DNA of 64,000 nucleotides from Candidatus Poribacteria bacterium (GTDB taxonomy: Bacteria; Poribacteria; WGA-4E; WGA-3G). A program made the position numbers and the translations under genes. The DNA lies in contig OZ244048.1 in assembly GCA_965215265.1 (NCBI GenBank), positions 2,464,001-2,528,000 of the forward strand, given 5' to 3'. The notes below the pieces were generated by a model that was given only the letters and a program-made list of their open reading frames with translations, ran no database searches and was not told where the DNA came from. Each line of letters starts with the position of its first letter. Position 1 is the stretch's first letter. Shown piece after piece: positions 9,792 through 18,805 of the stretch.

Positions 9792-11420
9792 CTACTCGTT
9801 GTATGTATCGGGCAAATCATTCTCAAAAAGGACTATATCCCCGGGCTTCAGCAGCTTTTTCAAATATTGTGTGACTTCAGTTAAGTTAAGCGCAATAATG
9901 AGTTGTTCCCGGGGGTAATTAGCACTGTTCAATCCGTCTACAATCGGGGCAGTTCTTGCGGGTCCGACTAAAATAACCAGGTCACACACTTCGGCTGCTT
10001 GTATCCCGAAACGTCTGTTGGAAGCGTATTCCTTCTCGCCGAGTTCTACCATGCCGGGTGTCACCAAAACCTTTTTGCTATGTGCGTTTTCCCTGCTCTG
10101 GGCTATATCGTTAAGGACTTCCAGTGCGGCTTTTGCGCCAACCGGATTGGCATTGAAACTATCGTCAATAATGGTTACGCCGCCTGCGCCGGCTGTCAAT
10201 TGCAAGCGGTGGGGAACGGGTTCCAAATTTGCCACAGCGGCAGACATCTCATCTAACGTCATCCCGCATTCGGCTGCGACAGTCATCGCCGCGAGGATGT
10301 TGGAGACGTTATGTCTGCCTAAAAGTGGGGTTCGGATTTCAACGTTCTGACTGCGATTGTGGACAGTAAATGCCAGCCCCTTATCGGTTTGTTGAATGTT
10401 CGTTGCAGTCAGCGTATTTGTAGTTTGAGTAGCTATTGGATTGATGCCGTACCGGAGTACCTTTCTGTTTTCAGTGGTGTCTGCGAGTTTTGCGCAGATG
10501 TCGTTGTCGCAGTTGAAGACAGCAATTCCATCCGGTGGGAGCGATTCAATGAGCTCATATTTAGCTTTAGTGATATTTTCAACGTTTTTAAATCGCTCCA
10601 GATGCTGTAGTCCGACAGCGGTGAGTATACCGACTTCAGGCCTTACCAGCTTGCATAATTCTTTGATGTCGCCGCGCCGGTAAGCCCCCATTTCAACGAT
10701 AAATATCTCGTGTTCTTCATTCAATGTGCCACGGATGACTTTGCAGATGCCCATCGGTGTGTTGTAGCTATCCGGTGTCATCAAAGTGTTAAATTTTTGC
10801 GACAGAATCTGTTGTAAAATCGCTTTGGTACTCGTTTTGCCGTAGCTCCCGGTAATCCCGATGACTTTCGGGCGCAATGTTTTTATCCGTCTTTTGGCGG
10901 AAAGGAGGTATCCCGAATTGATGGTGCGTTCCAGTGGATAGATAAGCAGGTTGGCGATTGTTAAATTAATCGCCGCTACTTCACTGAAAAGAAAGAGCCC
11001 GACCCGCCACGGATGCGTCTTAGCAACAAGGACAAGGACTACAGAGAGTCCTACAAGTAAACAGAGCGAAAAGCCTAGCAACCGTTTTGCTCGCGCTGTG
11101 TAAACGAGCGGTTTCTTTGTCTCTACCTTTTTCTTTTCGAAAAGAAGATAAACCTGCAAGGTCCCCCATGCGATGCACAGGGGTGCAAAGAACCATGTCT
11201 GCTGATATTGTGGGTATATAAATGTGATACCGAGTAGGCAGCTGATGGCGAGAATCTCTTTGATGTCGAAGCAGTTTTTCAAATGTGCGCCCATCCACTT
11301 CAAGTAACGCCTTGTTTTATAACCATCCAATTGAAGGATATGGAGTCCACCGTTTGTTCGGACGATTGCGCGAAGCAGACAGGTAGCGATTACGAGATAA
11401 AACAGTGTATTATATATCAT
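9792..11420 (-). CDS. murF: UDP-MurNAc-tripeptide--D-Ala-D-Ala ligase with N-terminal membrane domain
   Basis: About 160-aa hydrophobic N-terminus, then ITGSYGKTSTK, EMGA, IIDDSFNANP, PGMVELG, LFENDLPD. Confidence 0.9.
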   Translation of the reverse strand: MIYNTLFYLVIATCLLRAIVRTNGGLHILQLDGYKTRRYLKWMGAHLKNCFDIKEILAISCLLGITFIYPQYQQTWFFAPLCIAWGTLQVYLLFEKKKVETKKPLVYTARAKRLLGFSLCLLVGLSVVLVLVAKTHPWRVGLFLFSEVAAINLTIANLLIYPLERTINSGYLLSAKRRIKTLRPKVIGITGSYGKTSTKAILQQILSQKFNTLMTPDSYNTPMGICKVIRGTLNEEHEIFIVEMGAYRRGDIKELCKLVRPEVGILTAVGLQHLERFKNVENITKAKYELIESLPPDGIAVFNCDNDICAKLADTTENRKVLRYGINPIATQTTNTLTATNIQQTDKGLAFTVHNRSQNVEIRTPLLGRHNVSNILAAMTVAAECGMTLDEMSAAVANLEPVPHRLQLTAGAGGVTIIDDSFNANPVGAKAALEVLNDIAQSRENAHSKKVLVTPGMVELGEKEYASNRRFGIQAAEVCDLVILVGPARTAPIVDGLNSANYPREQLIIALNLTEVTQYLKKLLKPGDIVLFENDLPDTYNE

Positions 11421-11430
11421 CTTTTTGTAT

Positions 11431-11508
11431 AGAGTTGCGAGATAGGTATTCTTTTTCTGTCCATGAGAAAAGATAACCTTTTACTCGTAACCCACTGGGA
11501 ATTGGAAA
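11431..11508 (-). repeat. Palindromic repeat family 1, internally shortened copy B
   Basis: Reverse complement CCCAGTGGGTTACGAGTAAAAGG...GACAGAAAAAGAATACCTATCTCGCAACTCT matches both ends of 4236-4353. Confidence 0.75.
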
Positions 11509-11571
11509 GGCTCGCGAATCAAGATAGCATGCCTAGATGGCATTCGCCGGGCTGAAACACAAGCACCGATT

Positions 11572-12456
11572 TCACCGTTGGTTCAAGTTGCTCTGATGGG
11601 AACCGACCTCTTCACGCATAGAAGAGGCTGAGTTGATTTGAGATGATAGGCGTTGCGGCTTCTCCTCCTGAATTCCTAGGAAACTCGCCAAAATCCTGCA
11701 AAATTGCGGGAATCTATCGAGGTATGAGAAGTGCCCTGCGCCCTTTAGGACAACGAGTCCGGCATCCGGTATTTCCTTTTCCATGATTTTTCCGTAAGAG
11801 ACAGGCGTATCTGTATCAGCCTCACCCCAGATTAGCAGTGTGGGTGCGCCTATCTGTGCGAGTAGCGGCCGCAAGTCTTCGTTGACGACCTTTACAAGCG
11901 TTCCGCGCATCGGACCTGCGTTCTTATAATCTGTGGAGCCCATGCGCTGTGACACTCTGTTTGCGATGTGTGCGCCGTATTTCCCGCATCGTCCGACCAG
12001 CCGTCCAATCTTTGCGATGCTAACCCGTAGATAATATCGTGCTGTCCGCGGTGGTTTTATGCCTGCACTATCTACAAGGATGAGTTTATCGACCTTTTCA
12101 GGGCGTTTCGCCCCGATGATAATTGAAATTCGTCCGCCAAAAGAGTGTCCGATGACGTGTGCTTTTGAGATGTTAAGTTTCTCAAAAAAATCGGTGACAC
12201 AGCGTGCGTAATCGCTGGTGCCCCAGGCTGTAGGCGGTGTCTCACTGTTCCCGAATCCCGGCAGATCGAGTACGTAGACTTTATGGGATGCTGCCAGCCA
12301 TTCGAAAAGGGGTTTAAAGCTAGCGGCTTCGGCACCCCATCCGTGCAGCAGTACGACCGCCTTACCTTCGCCGGCGACTTGATAGGCGATTTTGAGATTA
12401 TTAATTTCTATTTTTTCGTATCTGTTCTGAAACCTGTCGGCGTGTTGCGCGGGCAA
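11572..12456 (-). CDS. Alpha/beta-fold hydrolase
   Basis: LHGWG, DLPGFG, GHSFGG nucleophile elbow, WGEADTDTP, AGHF. Confidence 0.93.
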   Translation of the reverse strand: MPAQHADRFQNRYEKIEINNLKIAYQVAGEGKAVVLLHGWGAEAASFKPLFEWLAASHKVYVLDLPGFGNSETPPTAWGTSDYARCVTDFFEKLNISKAHVIGHSFGGRISIIIGAKRPEKVDKLILVDSAGIKPPRTARYYLRVSIAKIGRLVGRCGKYGAHIANRVSQRMGSTDYKNAGPMRGTLVKVVNEDLRPLLAQIGAPTLLIWGEADTDTPVSYGKIMEKEIPDAGLVVLKGAGHFSYLDRFPQFCRILASFLGIQEEKPQRLSSQINSASSMREEVGSHQSNLNQR

Positions 12457-12469
12457 GACAAGCCTCCAT

Positions 12470-13951
12470 TTATCCGGCTGTTTTTTGGTTTTGTGTTAAG
12501 GCTTCGGCTGCCACCTGCCTATCGTCAAAGGGGTATCTTTTGCCGTGGATTTCTTGATAATCCTCGTGCCCCTTTCCGGCAATGACGACAACATCTCCGG
12601 GCTGCGCGATAGAAATTGCGTGCTGGATTGCCTCCCGTCTCTGCGAAATAGACACATAGTCGGTATCATGTGGTAAATTTAACACAATCTGTGCGATAAT
12701 ACCGTCCGGATCTTCGGTGCGCGGATTGTCCGATGTCACCACAGTATAGTCTGAGAGTCGTGCCGAAATTTCGCCCATCTGTGGCCGTTTTCCGGCATCT
12801 CTATCTCCTCCACAGCCGAAAACAGAGATAAGTCTGTTTTCAGTCATGCCTCGTGCTGCCGTTAGGACATTTTCCAAGCCATTTGGGGTATGTGCATAAT
12901 CGACGATAACGGCGAACTGCTGCCCGCTATCAACTAACTCAAACCGTCCTGGTACGACGGTTGTAGAGAGCCCTTCTTGAATTGCGTGGATAGGGCACTC
13001 GTACCGAAGTGCGACGCCGATCGCTGCCATAGCGTTATACAGGTTATATTCACCCAACAATCGGATCTGGGCAGGAAATTCGCCATCTGGGGTAACGGCC
13101 GTAAAAGTTAATCGGTTGCGAGAAAGTTTCACTGCTTTCACGCCAATTTCGGTGTCCTCGTGTCGCTGCCGGCCGTATTTCAATATCTGGCGTGTGCCGA
13201 CAACGGAGGCGATATGTGCTGATACCGGTGCGTCGTTGTTGAGAATCGCAGCGCCTTCGTCAGTGAGCTGCGCAAATAGCATTAATTTCGCTTTTAGGTA
13301 TTCCTCCATCGTTCCGTGGTAATCGAGATGGTCTTGCGTTAGATTCGTGAACACAGCGGTATCAAACGTAAGGCCGGCTAACCGCTGCTGGGCAAGTCCT
13401 TGCGAGGATGTCTCCATCACTACATATACTATGCCGGCATCAACAAATTGTTTGAAGAGTGCGTGTAGTGCAAACGCATCAGGTGTTGTGAGAGCTGCCG
13501 GCAGAAATGCGGTTTCGTACTGGTGTCCAACTGTTCCGAGGAGTGCTGCTTTTCGGTGATTCGCGGTTAGAATTGCGTGGATGAGATGTGCGGTTGAGGT
13601 TTTCCCATTCGTGCCGGTAATCCCGATGAGTTTCAGTCGTTCTGCCGGATTTCCGTGCCAATTTGCGGCGAGCAACGCATTCGCGTACCGTCCATTCGGC
13701 GTTTGCAAGTAGGTAACAGCGGCTTTGTCTAATTCAGAGGGCGGTTTTTTCTCGCCGATAACTGCTGTTGCTCCGTTTTCAACGGCTGCATGGATATACT
13801 GATGTCCATCAACCGTAATACCCGGGTAGCAGATAAAAAGGTTACCGGGCGTAACCTTTCGGCTATCGGTGGTGATGCCGGTAATCTGTCGGTTGAGAGT
13901 GCCCGTAATTGCGATAATGTCAACCCTGTGCAGAAGATTTTGTAGTTGCAT
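12470..13951 (-). CDS. murE: UDP-MurNAc-dipeptide--meso-DAP ligase
   Basis: GITGTNGKT, LTTP, NLTQDHLDYH, DYAHTP, GCGGDRD, DNPR (mDAP-type), AGKGHE. Confidence 0.97.
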   Translation of the reverse strand: MQLQNLLHRVDIIAITGTLNRQITGITTDSRKVTPGNLFICYPGITVDGHQYIHAAVENGATAVIGEKKPPSELDKAAVTYLQTPNGRYANALLAANWHGNPAERLKLIGITGTNGKTSTAHLIHAILTANHRKAALLGTVGHQYETAFLPAALTTPDAFALHALFKQFVDAGIVYVVMETSSQGLAQQRLAGLTFDTAVFTNLTQDHLDYHGTMEEYLKAKLMLFAQLTDEGAAILNNDAPVSAHIASVVGTRQILKYGRQRHEDTEIGVKAVKLSRNRLTFTAVTPDGEFPAQIRLLGEYNLYNAMAAIGVALRYECPIHAIQEGLSTTVVPGRFELVDSGQQFAVIVDYAHTPNGLENVLTAARGMTENRLISVFGCGGDRDAGKRPQMGEISARLSDYTVVTSDNPRTEDPDGIIAQIVLNLPHDTDYVSISQRREAIQHAISIAQPGDVVVIAGKGHEDYQEIHGKRYPFDDRQVAAEALTQNQKTAG

Positions 13952-13988
13952 CAGTTTTCTCTGGGATAGGCAACGAATTGCCGTTCCG

Positions 13989-15881
13989 TTACAGGCCTCC
14001 TTCTTTCACAGTGTAGTCAGTCGCCGGGATGTGTTCAGGTGGCGGGGTTCGGTTTTCTTTCTCTGTCCTCGAGGACAGAGAGGAAAGGGGATTCCTCCGC
14101 GCTTGCGGGGAGAACTTCCCTTCCCTTTTCCTCGCCATCTCCGAGACGAAGAATTCGGTTTGCTTGAAGTATTGCATTGCCTGTTCAGCAATGTTTTTGA
14201 AAAGGGGTGCGGCAATTTGGCCACTAAACCGTGCCCCCTTCGGTTCATCAAGCATCACGAGAATGGAAATCTGCGGGTTCTCAGCGGGCAAGAATCCCAT
14301 AAACGACATGGTCTCCTTGCCGTTTACATAGCCGATGCCTTTTTCAGCCTTTTGCGCGGTGCCTGTTTTTCCTGCGACGCGATAGCCTTCGACCTGTCCG
14401 CGCCTGCCGCTGCCGTTTTCAACAACGCCAACCAGTATTTCTCTCATCTGTCTTGCGACTTCCGGTCGCAGCACTCGCCGTACCTCAATCGGGTATATCC
14501 TTTTGAGTACATGCCCTTGGTTGTCAAGAATTTCTTTTGTGATATAGGGCCGGAGCAGCTTGCCCCCGGTTGCAATAACATTCAAGGCATTTACCATCTG
14601 GAGGGGTGTGACAAGGATACCTTGCCCAAATGGTACTGCGCCAAGTGAATTGACATTCCATCGTTTCACCATGCTGAGCTCTCCGCTGTGCTCATAAGGC
14701 AGATCAATCCCGGTGCTTCTGCCAAACCCATACTTTTCGATATATTCCATGAAAATTTCAGGTCCAATTTTTTGAACGATTTTAATCATGCCGATATTGC
14801 TTGATTTGTGGAGCACTTCCGCCAAAGTTAACCAGCCTTTTGGGGAAACATCTTTGATAACGCGCTGCCTACTAATGCGAAACCGTCCGTTCTCACAGAA
14901 GACAGATGTCGCAGGAGTCATCTCTGCTTCATTGAGCGCAGCAGAGGCACCGACAATTTTAAAAATAGACCCGGGTTCATACGCGTACCAGACAGCGAGG
15001 TTCCGTTTTGCTGCCTCATTCGTGTCTGCATAAGCGTTGGGGGTGAATGTGGGATAGCTCGCCATCGCTAAGACCTCTGCTGTTTGAGAAGCCAAGACGA
15101 CGGCTGTCCCTCTGGGCGCATTCCACTTTTGACAGGCTGCGGCCAATTCCTTCTCTGCAATATACTGAATGTACTCGTCAAGTGTGAGGACGACGTTATA
15201 GCCAACATCCTTCCAAGCATCATCCGCGTTTAAGAGTGTATTGACATATCCAGCTTGCGTTGGATGCACGCTGGTATCTGTGGGATATGGTGAGTGTAAT
15301 TGGAGTTTCCCACCTGTTATCCCCAGCAGCACGTCGTTGTATTCGTATTCAATGCCCTCTCCTATATTTTCGGTGTTGACATGTCCAATCACGTGGGATG
15401 CTAACTGCCCTTTGGGATATGACCTTTTTTGCTCTATTGAGTAAGTTATGCCGTGAAATTTTTTCTTCAATGCGCGAATTTCAGAGAGCAATTGGTAGTC
15501 AACGCCGCGTTTCAAAGACACAAAACGCTTGTTCTTGCGCTTGAGCTGTGCGAGCAGTTGCGTCGCTGGCATGTCTAAAATGGGAGCGAGCTGGTTCGCC
15601 ACTACCGCCGGGTCAGTTTTCAGGTATGCCGGGTCTGCTGAGACGTTGAGCGTGCGCCGACTCAAGCCTAAGATGGTCTGCTGCCGGTCAAGAATTTTCC
15701 CACGTTTTACCTCGGATACCTTTCGAGAAAGTGCCTTGGCACGGGGCCTGCTTCTGTCTGAGGCATCGCCGGTTACCTGCAACGTCAAGAGTTTGCCAAT
15801 GAGTATCAGAAAGCATACCTGAAGTCCAATCAGTACGACAACAAGGCGTGGTATAGATAGAAGTCTTTTTTTATTTTTCAT
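13989..15881 (-). CDS. ftsI: Class B penicillin-binding protein FtsI/PBP3
   Basis: TM, RGKILDR, YEPGSIFK (SxxK), SSN, KTGT; start ATG 15881 overlaps the ftsL end. Confidence 0.93.
   Translation of the reverse strand: MKNKKRLLSIPRLVVVLIGLQVCFLILIGKLLTLQVTGDASDRSRPRAKALSRKVSEVKRGKILDRQQTILGLSRRTLNVSADPAYLKTDPAVVANQLAPILDMPATQLLAQLKRKNKRFVSLKRGVDYQLLSEIRALKKKFHGITYSIEQKRSYPKGQLASHVIGHVNTENIGEGIEYEYNDVLLGITGGKLQLHSPYPTDTSVHPTQAGYVNTLLNADDAWKDVGYNVVLTLDEYIQYIAEKELAAACQKWNAPRGTAVVLASQTAEVLAMASYPTFTPNAYADTNEAAKRNLAVWYAYEPGSIFKIVGASAALNEAEMTPATSVFCENGRFRISRQRVIKDVSPKGWLTLAEVLHKSSNIGMIKIVQKIGPEIFMEYIEKYGFGRSTGIDLPYEHSGELSMVKRWNVNSLGAVPFGQGILVTPLQMVNALNVIATGGKLLRPYITKEILDNQGHVLKRIYPIEVRRVLRPEVARQMREILVGVVENGSGRRGQVEGYRVAGKTGTAQKAEKGIGYVNGKETMSFMGFLPAENPQISILVMLDEPKGARFSGQIAAPLFKNIAEQAMQYFKQTEFFVSEMARKREGKFSPQARRNPLSSLSSRTEKENRTPPPEHIPATDYTVKEGGL
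14038..14137 (-). repeat. Palindromic repeat family 1, copy C inside ftsI 3' coding region
   Basis: Reverse complement closely matches 4253-4351; translated as MARKREGKFSPQARRNPLSSLSSRTEKENRTPP. Confidence 0.88.
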
Positions 15882-16194
15882 AAATTCTGTATGCCCCTTC
15901 CGTGGGTTCAACCAGTCCCAATTCTGCTGCGATGTGCCGGATCCGTTCAACGGAGGTTAATGCAGCCTCCTCCAATTCAAGTTGATGAATTTCATCTTGA
16001 ATGTAGTGTTGCTGTCTCTGATAGGCAGGTTTCCTTTGCAATGCGACATTCTTTGCGTACGATGAGAACCAGACACTGGCGAGAAAGATGCAGAAGGATA
16101 ACCCGAAAACGATATAGACGTACGGAAAGTGTTTTTTCGGTGCGGTTTCCGCTGTTTTGGCTTTGCGGGTTGTATATTGGTGTGAGTTCCGCAT
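15871..16194 (-). CDS. ftsL: Cell division protein FtsL-like
   Basis: 107 aa, TM plus coiled coil, ERIRHIAAELGL; between rsmH and ftsI. Confidence 0.8.
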   Translation of the reverse strand: MRNSHQYTTRKAKTAETAPKKHFPYVYIVFGLSFCIFLASVWFSSYAKNVALQRKPAYQRQQHYIQDEIHQLELEEAALTSVERIRHIAAELGLVEPTEGAYRIYEK

Positions 16195-16363
16195 AGTTTG
16201 TCCTGGCTAACGCAGTACATCTTCTACCTAATAATAAATTGCCTGCTGACACGTCTGCGCTTTTTGTTATTCTAAATTCTAAACGTTAAATGTGGTAATT
16301 AAGATACACTTTTTTATCAAAGAACGTGCGAGGCTCCGCTTGTTAAAACAGATAAGTATCTGT

Positions 16364-17329
16364 TCAGGCTGGTTCGATTCCGTCAAGGATTTTTCTTGCT
16401 GCTCTTAGCTTAGCACTCCGTGCGCGTGGATTTTGTTGAATTTCAATTTGCGCTGGACGCACGGGGCGTTTGGTTAGAATCTGTAATGATGGGCGATGTT
16501 CACAAATACAGACAGGCGTTTTTGGGGGACAAAGACATGCACGTGCACAGCGCTGGAACCGTCTCTTCACGATCCGGTCCTCAAGCGAGTGGAAGGTAAT
16601 AACACAAAGGATGCCGCCCGGTTTTAACAACGGGACTGCTGCATCTAAGACAGTGGCGAGGTTATCTAATTCACTGTTGACGTAAATCCGCAGTGCTTGG
16701 AAGACCCGCGTGGCCGGATGGATTCTGGCTGTCCGCTGTCGGTTAGCACGTGCTGAGAGTGCAGAGATGACAATATCAGCGAGATGTGCAGTCGTTTTTA
16801 TCGGTGTGTGCTGTCTCGCTTGGACGATGTACTGGGCAACTCGTTTGGCAAACCGTTCTTCTCCATACCGTCTGAAAATATCTGTAAGGGTATCCAGCGG
16901 CTTCTCATTGACGACCTGTTCTGCTGAGGGCGATTGCCGTGTATCCATACGCATGTCCAAAGGCCCGGTGTGATTGAAACTAAAACCGCGGCTGGGTGTC
17001 TCTAATTGTAAAGATGACACCCCTAAATCGAGCAAGATGCCATCGACACCGGTGATTGAATTGTTTTCTAGTAATGACTGAAGTTGGGCAAAGTTGCCAT
17101 GGATGAAGCGTGCCCGGTCTTTAAAGTGCTGCAGGCGTTCGCGGGCGATGGCTAATGCTGATTCATCAACATCAATTCCGATGAGTCGCCCGTTGGGCGC
17201 GGATTTTTCCAAAATTGCGGTACTATGCCCCCCCAATCCTACGGTTGCATCTATGTAAGTGCCGCCCGGTTTGGGTTTAAGCACCTCAAGTACTTTCTCG
17301 CGTAAGACCGGGATATGTTGTGTCGACAT
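16364..17329 (-). CDS. rsmH: 16S rRNA m4C1402 methyltransferase
   Basis: HIPVL, DATVGLGGHS, DLGVSSLQL, FQALRI, FHSLEDRIVK, NPRARSAKLR. Confidence 0.97.
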   Translation of the reverse strand: MSTQHIPVLREKVLEVLKPKPGGTYIDATVGLGGHSTAILEKSAPNGRLIGIDVDESALAIARERLQHFKDRARFIHGNFAQLQSLLENNSITGVDGILLDLGVSSLQLETPSRGFSFNHTGPLDMRMDTRQSPSAEQVVNEKPLDTLTDIFRRYGEERFAKRVAQYIVQARQHTPIKTTAHLADIVISALSARANRQRTARIHPATRVFQALRIYVNSELDNLATVLDAAVPLLKPGGILCVITFHSLEDRIVKRRFQRCARACLCPPKTPVCICEHRPSLQILTKRPVRPAQIEIQQNPRARSAKLRAARKILDGIEPA

Positions 17330-17372
17330 CCTATTATCCCCTACTGGTTATATAGCAAGAAGCGTGCCAATC

Positions 17373-18338
17373 TTATGGATGAATCTGATTCTGATAGATA
17401 GCGGTTACGAGTTCCATAGTTTTGATTGCGTCTTGGAAACAGGTTAGCGGCTGCCGGTCTTGCTGGAGGCAATCTACAAAGTGCCGGTTCTCGCCGTAGA
17501 ATCCATAGGCTTTGTGATGTTGCTCGGAGCCTGCTGCTTCCTCTGTTGTGATGTGAGTTTCGCCTTCAGATGTGTGAAGAGTTGCGCCTCGGCCGGCATC
17601 GGGATTAATGTAGGCGGAAATGCCTTGTGCGTGCATCTCAAAAATATGGATACGTCCGCCGGCTGCCCAATTCGTGCAAAGATATCCTGAGGCACCGCTG
17701 GTAAATTTAACAATAGCGTTGAAACTGTTTTGCCGTTGCGCCCCGAAGCTGTTAATGTCGCTGGCAACGGCTTTAACGTCGCCCCCGCCGAGCCATCGAA
17801 GTGCGTCCACTGCATGAATCGCGTCGCAGGTTAAAACGTCAATGACACCGTCATAGTAAAGTGCGCTGGGGGTATTTTTGTGAAAGGTTGACATGCACTG
17901 GAGAATCGGTCCCTTCTCTTCAACTTTCGCCTTGACTTTTTGCAACAGCGGTATGAAACGCCGGTTGAACCCTACCATCGTTTTGCAGCCGTGCTTTTCT
18001 GCGGCAAGCGCCATCTCCTTTGTTTGATGCAGCGTCACACCGGGCGGTTTCTCTATAAAGACATGGTGTCCTTGAGAAAGGCAATGGATAACAAGCGGGA
18101 ACAGGTGTTGCGGCGGCATTAATATGTAAACTGCATCCGGGCCGGTTTTTTCCAACATCTGCCGATAGTCAGTAAATGTCTGCTCAATCTCAAACCGTTC
18201 CGCAGTTGCTTGAAGTTTGGAAGGCACTAGTTCACAAAGTCCAACGAGATTCACATCATCAAATTCAAAAAGCGACGGATAGTGGACACTGTTTGCCATC
18301 CCACCCGCGCCGATTAAAGCGATATTAATCGGTTTCAT
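17373..18338 (-). CDS. Gfo/Idh/MocA family oxidoreductase
   Basis: IGAGGMA, IEKPP, GFNRRF, DAIHAVD. Confidence 0.92.
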   Translation of the reverse strand: MKPINIALIGAGGMANSVHYPSLFEFDDVNLVGLCELVPSKLQATAERFEIEQTFTDYRQMLEKTGPDAVYILMPPQHLFPLVIHCLSQGHHVFIEKPPGVTLHQTKEMALAAEKHGCKTMVGFNRRFIPLLQKVKAKVEEKGPILQCMSTFHKNTPSALYYDGVIDVLTCDAIHAVDALRWLGGGDVKAVASDINSFGAQRQNSFNAIVKFTSGASGYLCTNWAAGGRIHIFEMHAQGISAYINPDAGRGATLHTSEGETHITTEEAAGSEQHHKAYGFYGENRHFVDCLQQDRQPLTCFQDAIKTMELVTAIYQNQIHP

Positions 18339-18805
18339 GTTATTTTTTTCTCCTTAAAATTATTATTGACATGTTACAAGATGATATGTTACAATACAAG
18401 CAGCGTCTTTATATGATATGTTATAATACAAGCAACGTCTTTACTAAAAAGATTAGGACAATTTCGTAATACGTTATGAACATGTGCGAAATCACAAAAT
18501 ACCCCAATAGGTGAGCTCTTCAGACCCGGCCGCAACGGGTGAATAGAGGAAAGAAAGTCTGAGGCAAACGGAGCAAGATCAGCTGATGTGGCATCCAGAC
18601 CAAACCTGCTTTGCTTCTCTCTAGAGCCGTCTCTAAGTGTGGAACCAAAACCAGAGAGAAAATCGCCGGCGGTAAAAAAACGTCTGATTCCCACAGACCA
18701 TATAACATCCGCACGTCCCAGGGACGAAAAATGAAAATATGAGATGTCATTCCAATTCTCAAAACAAGCTGCACGGATTCGCGTGTCCAAAGGAGAAATC
18801 ATAAA

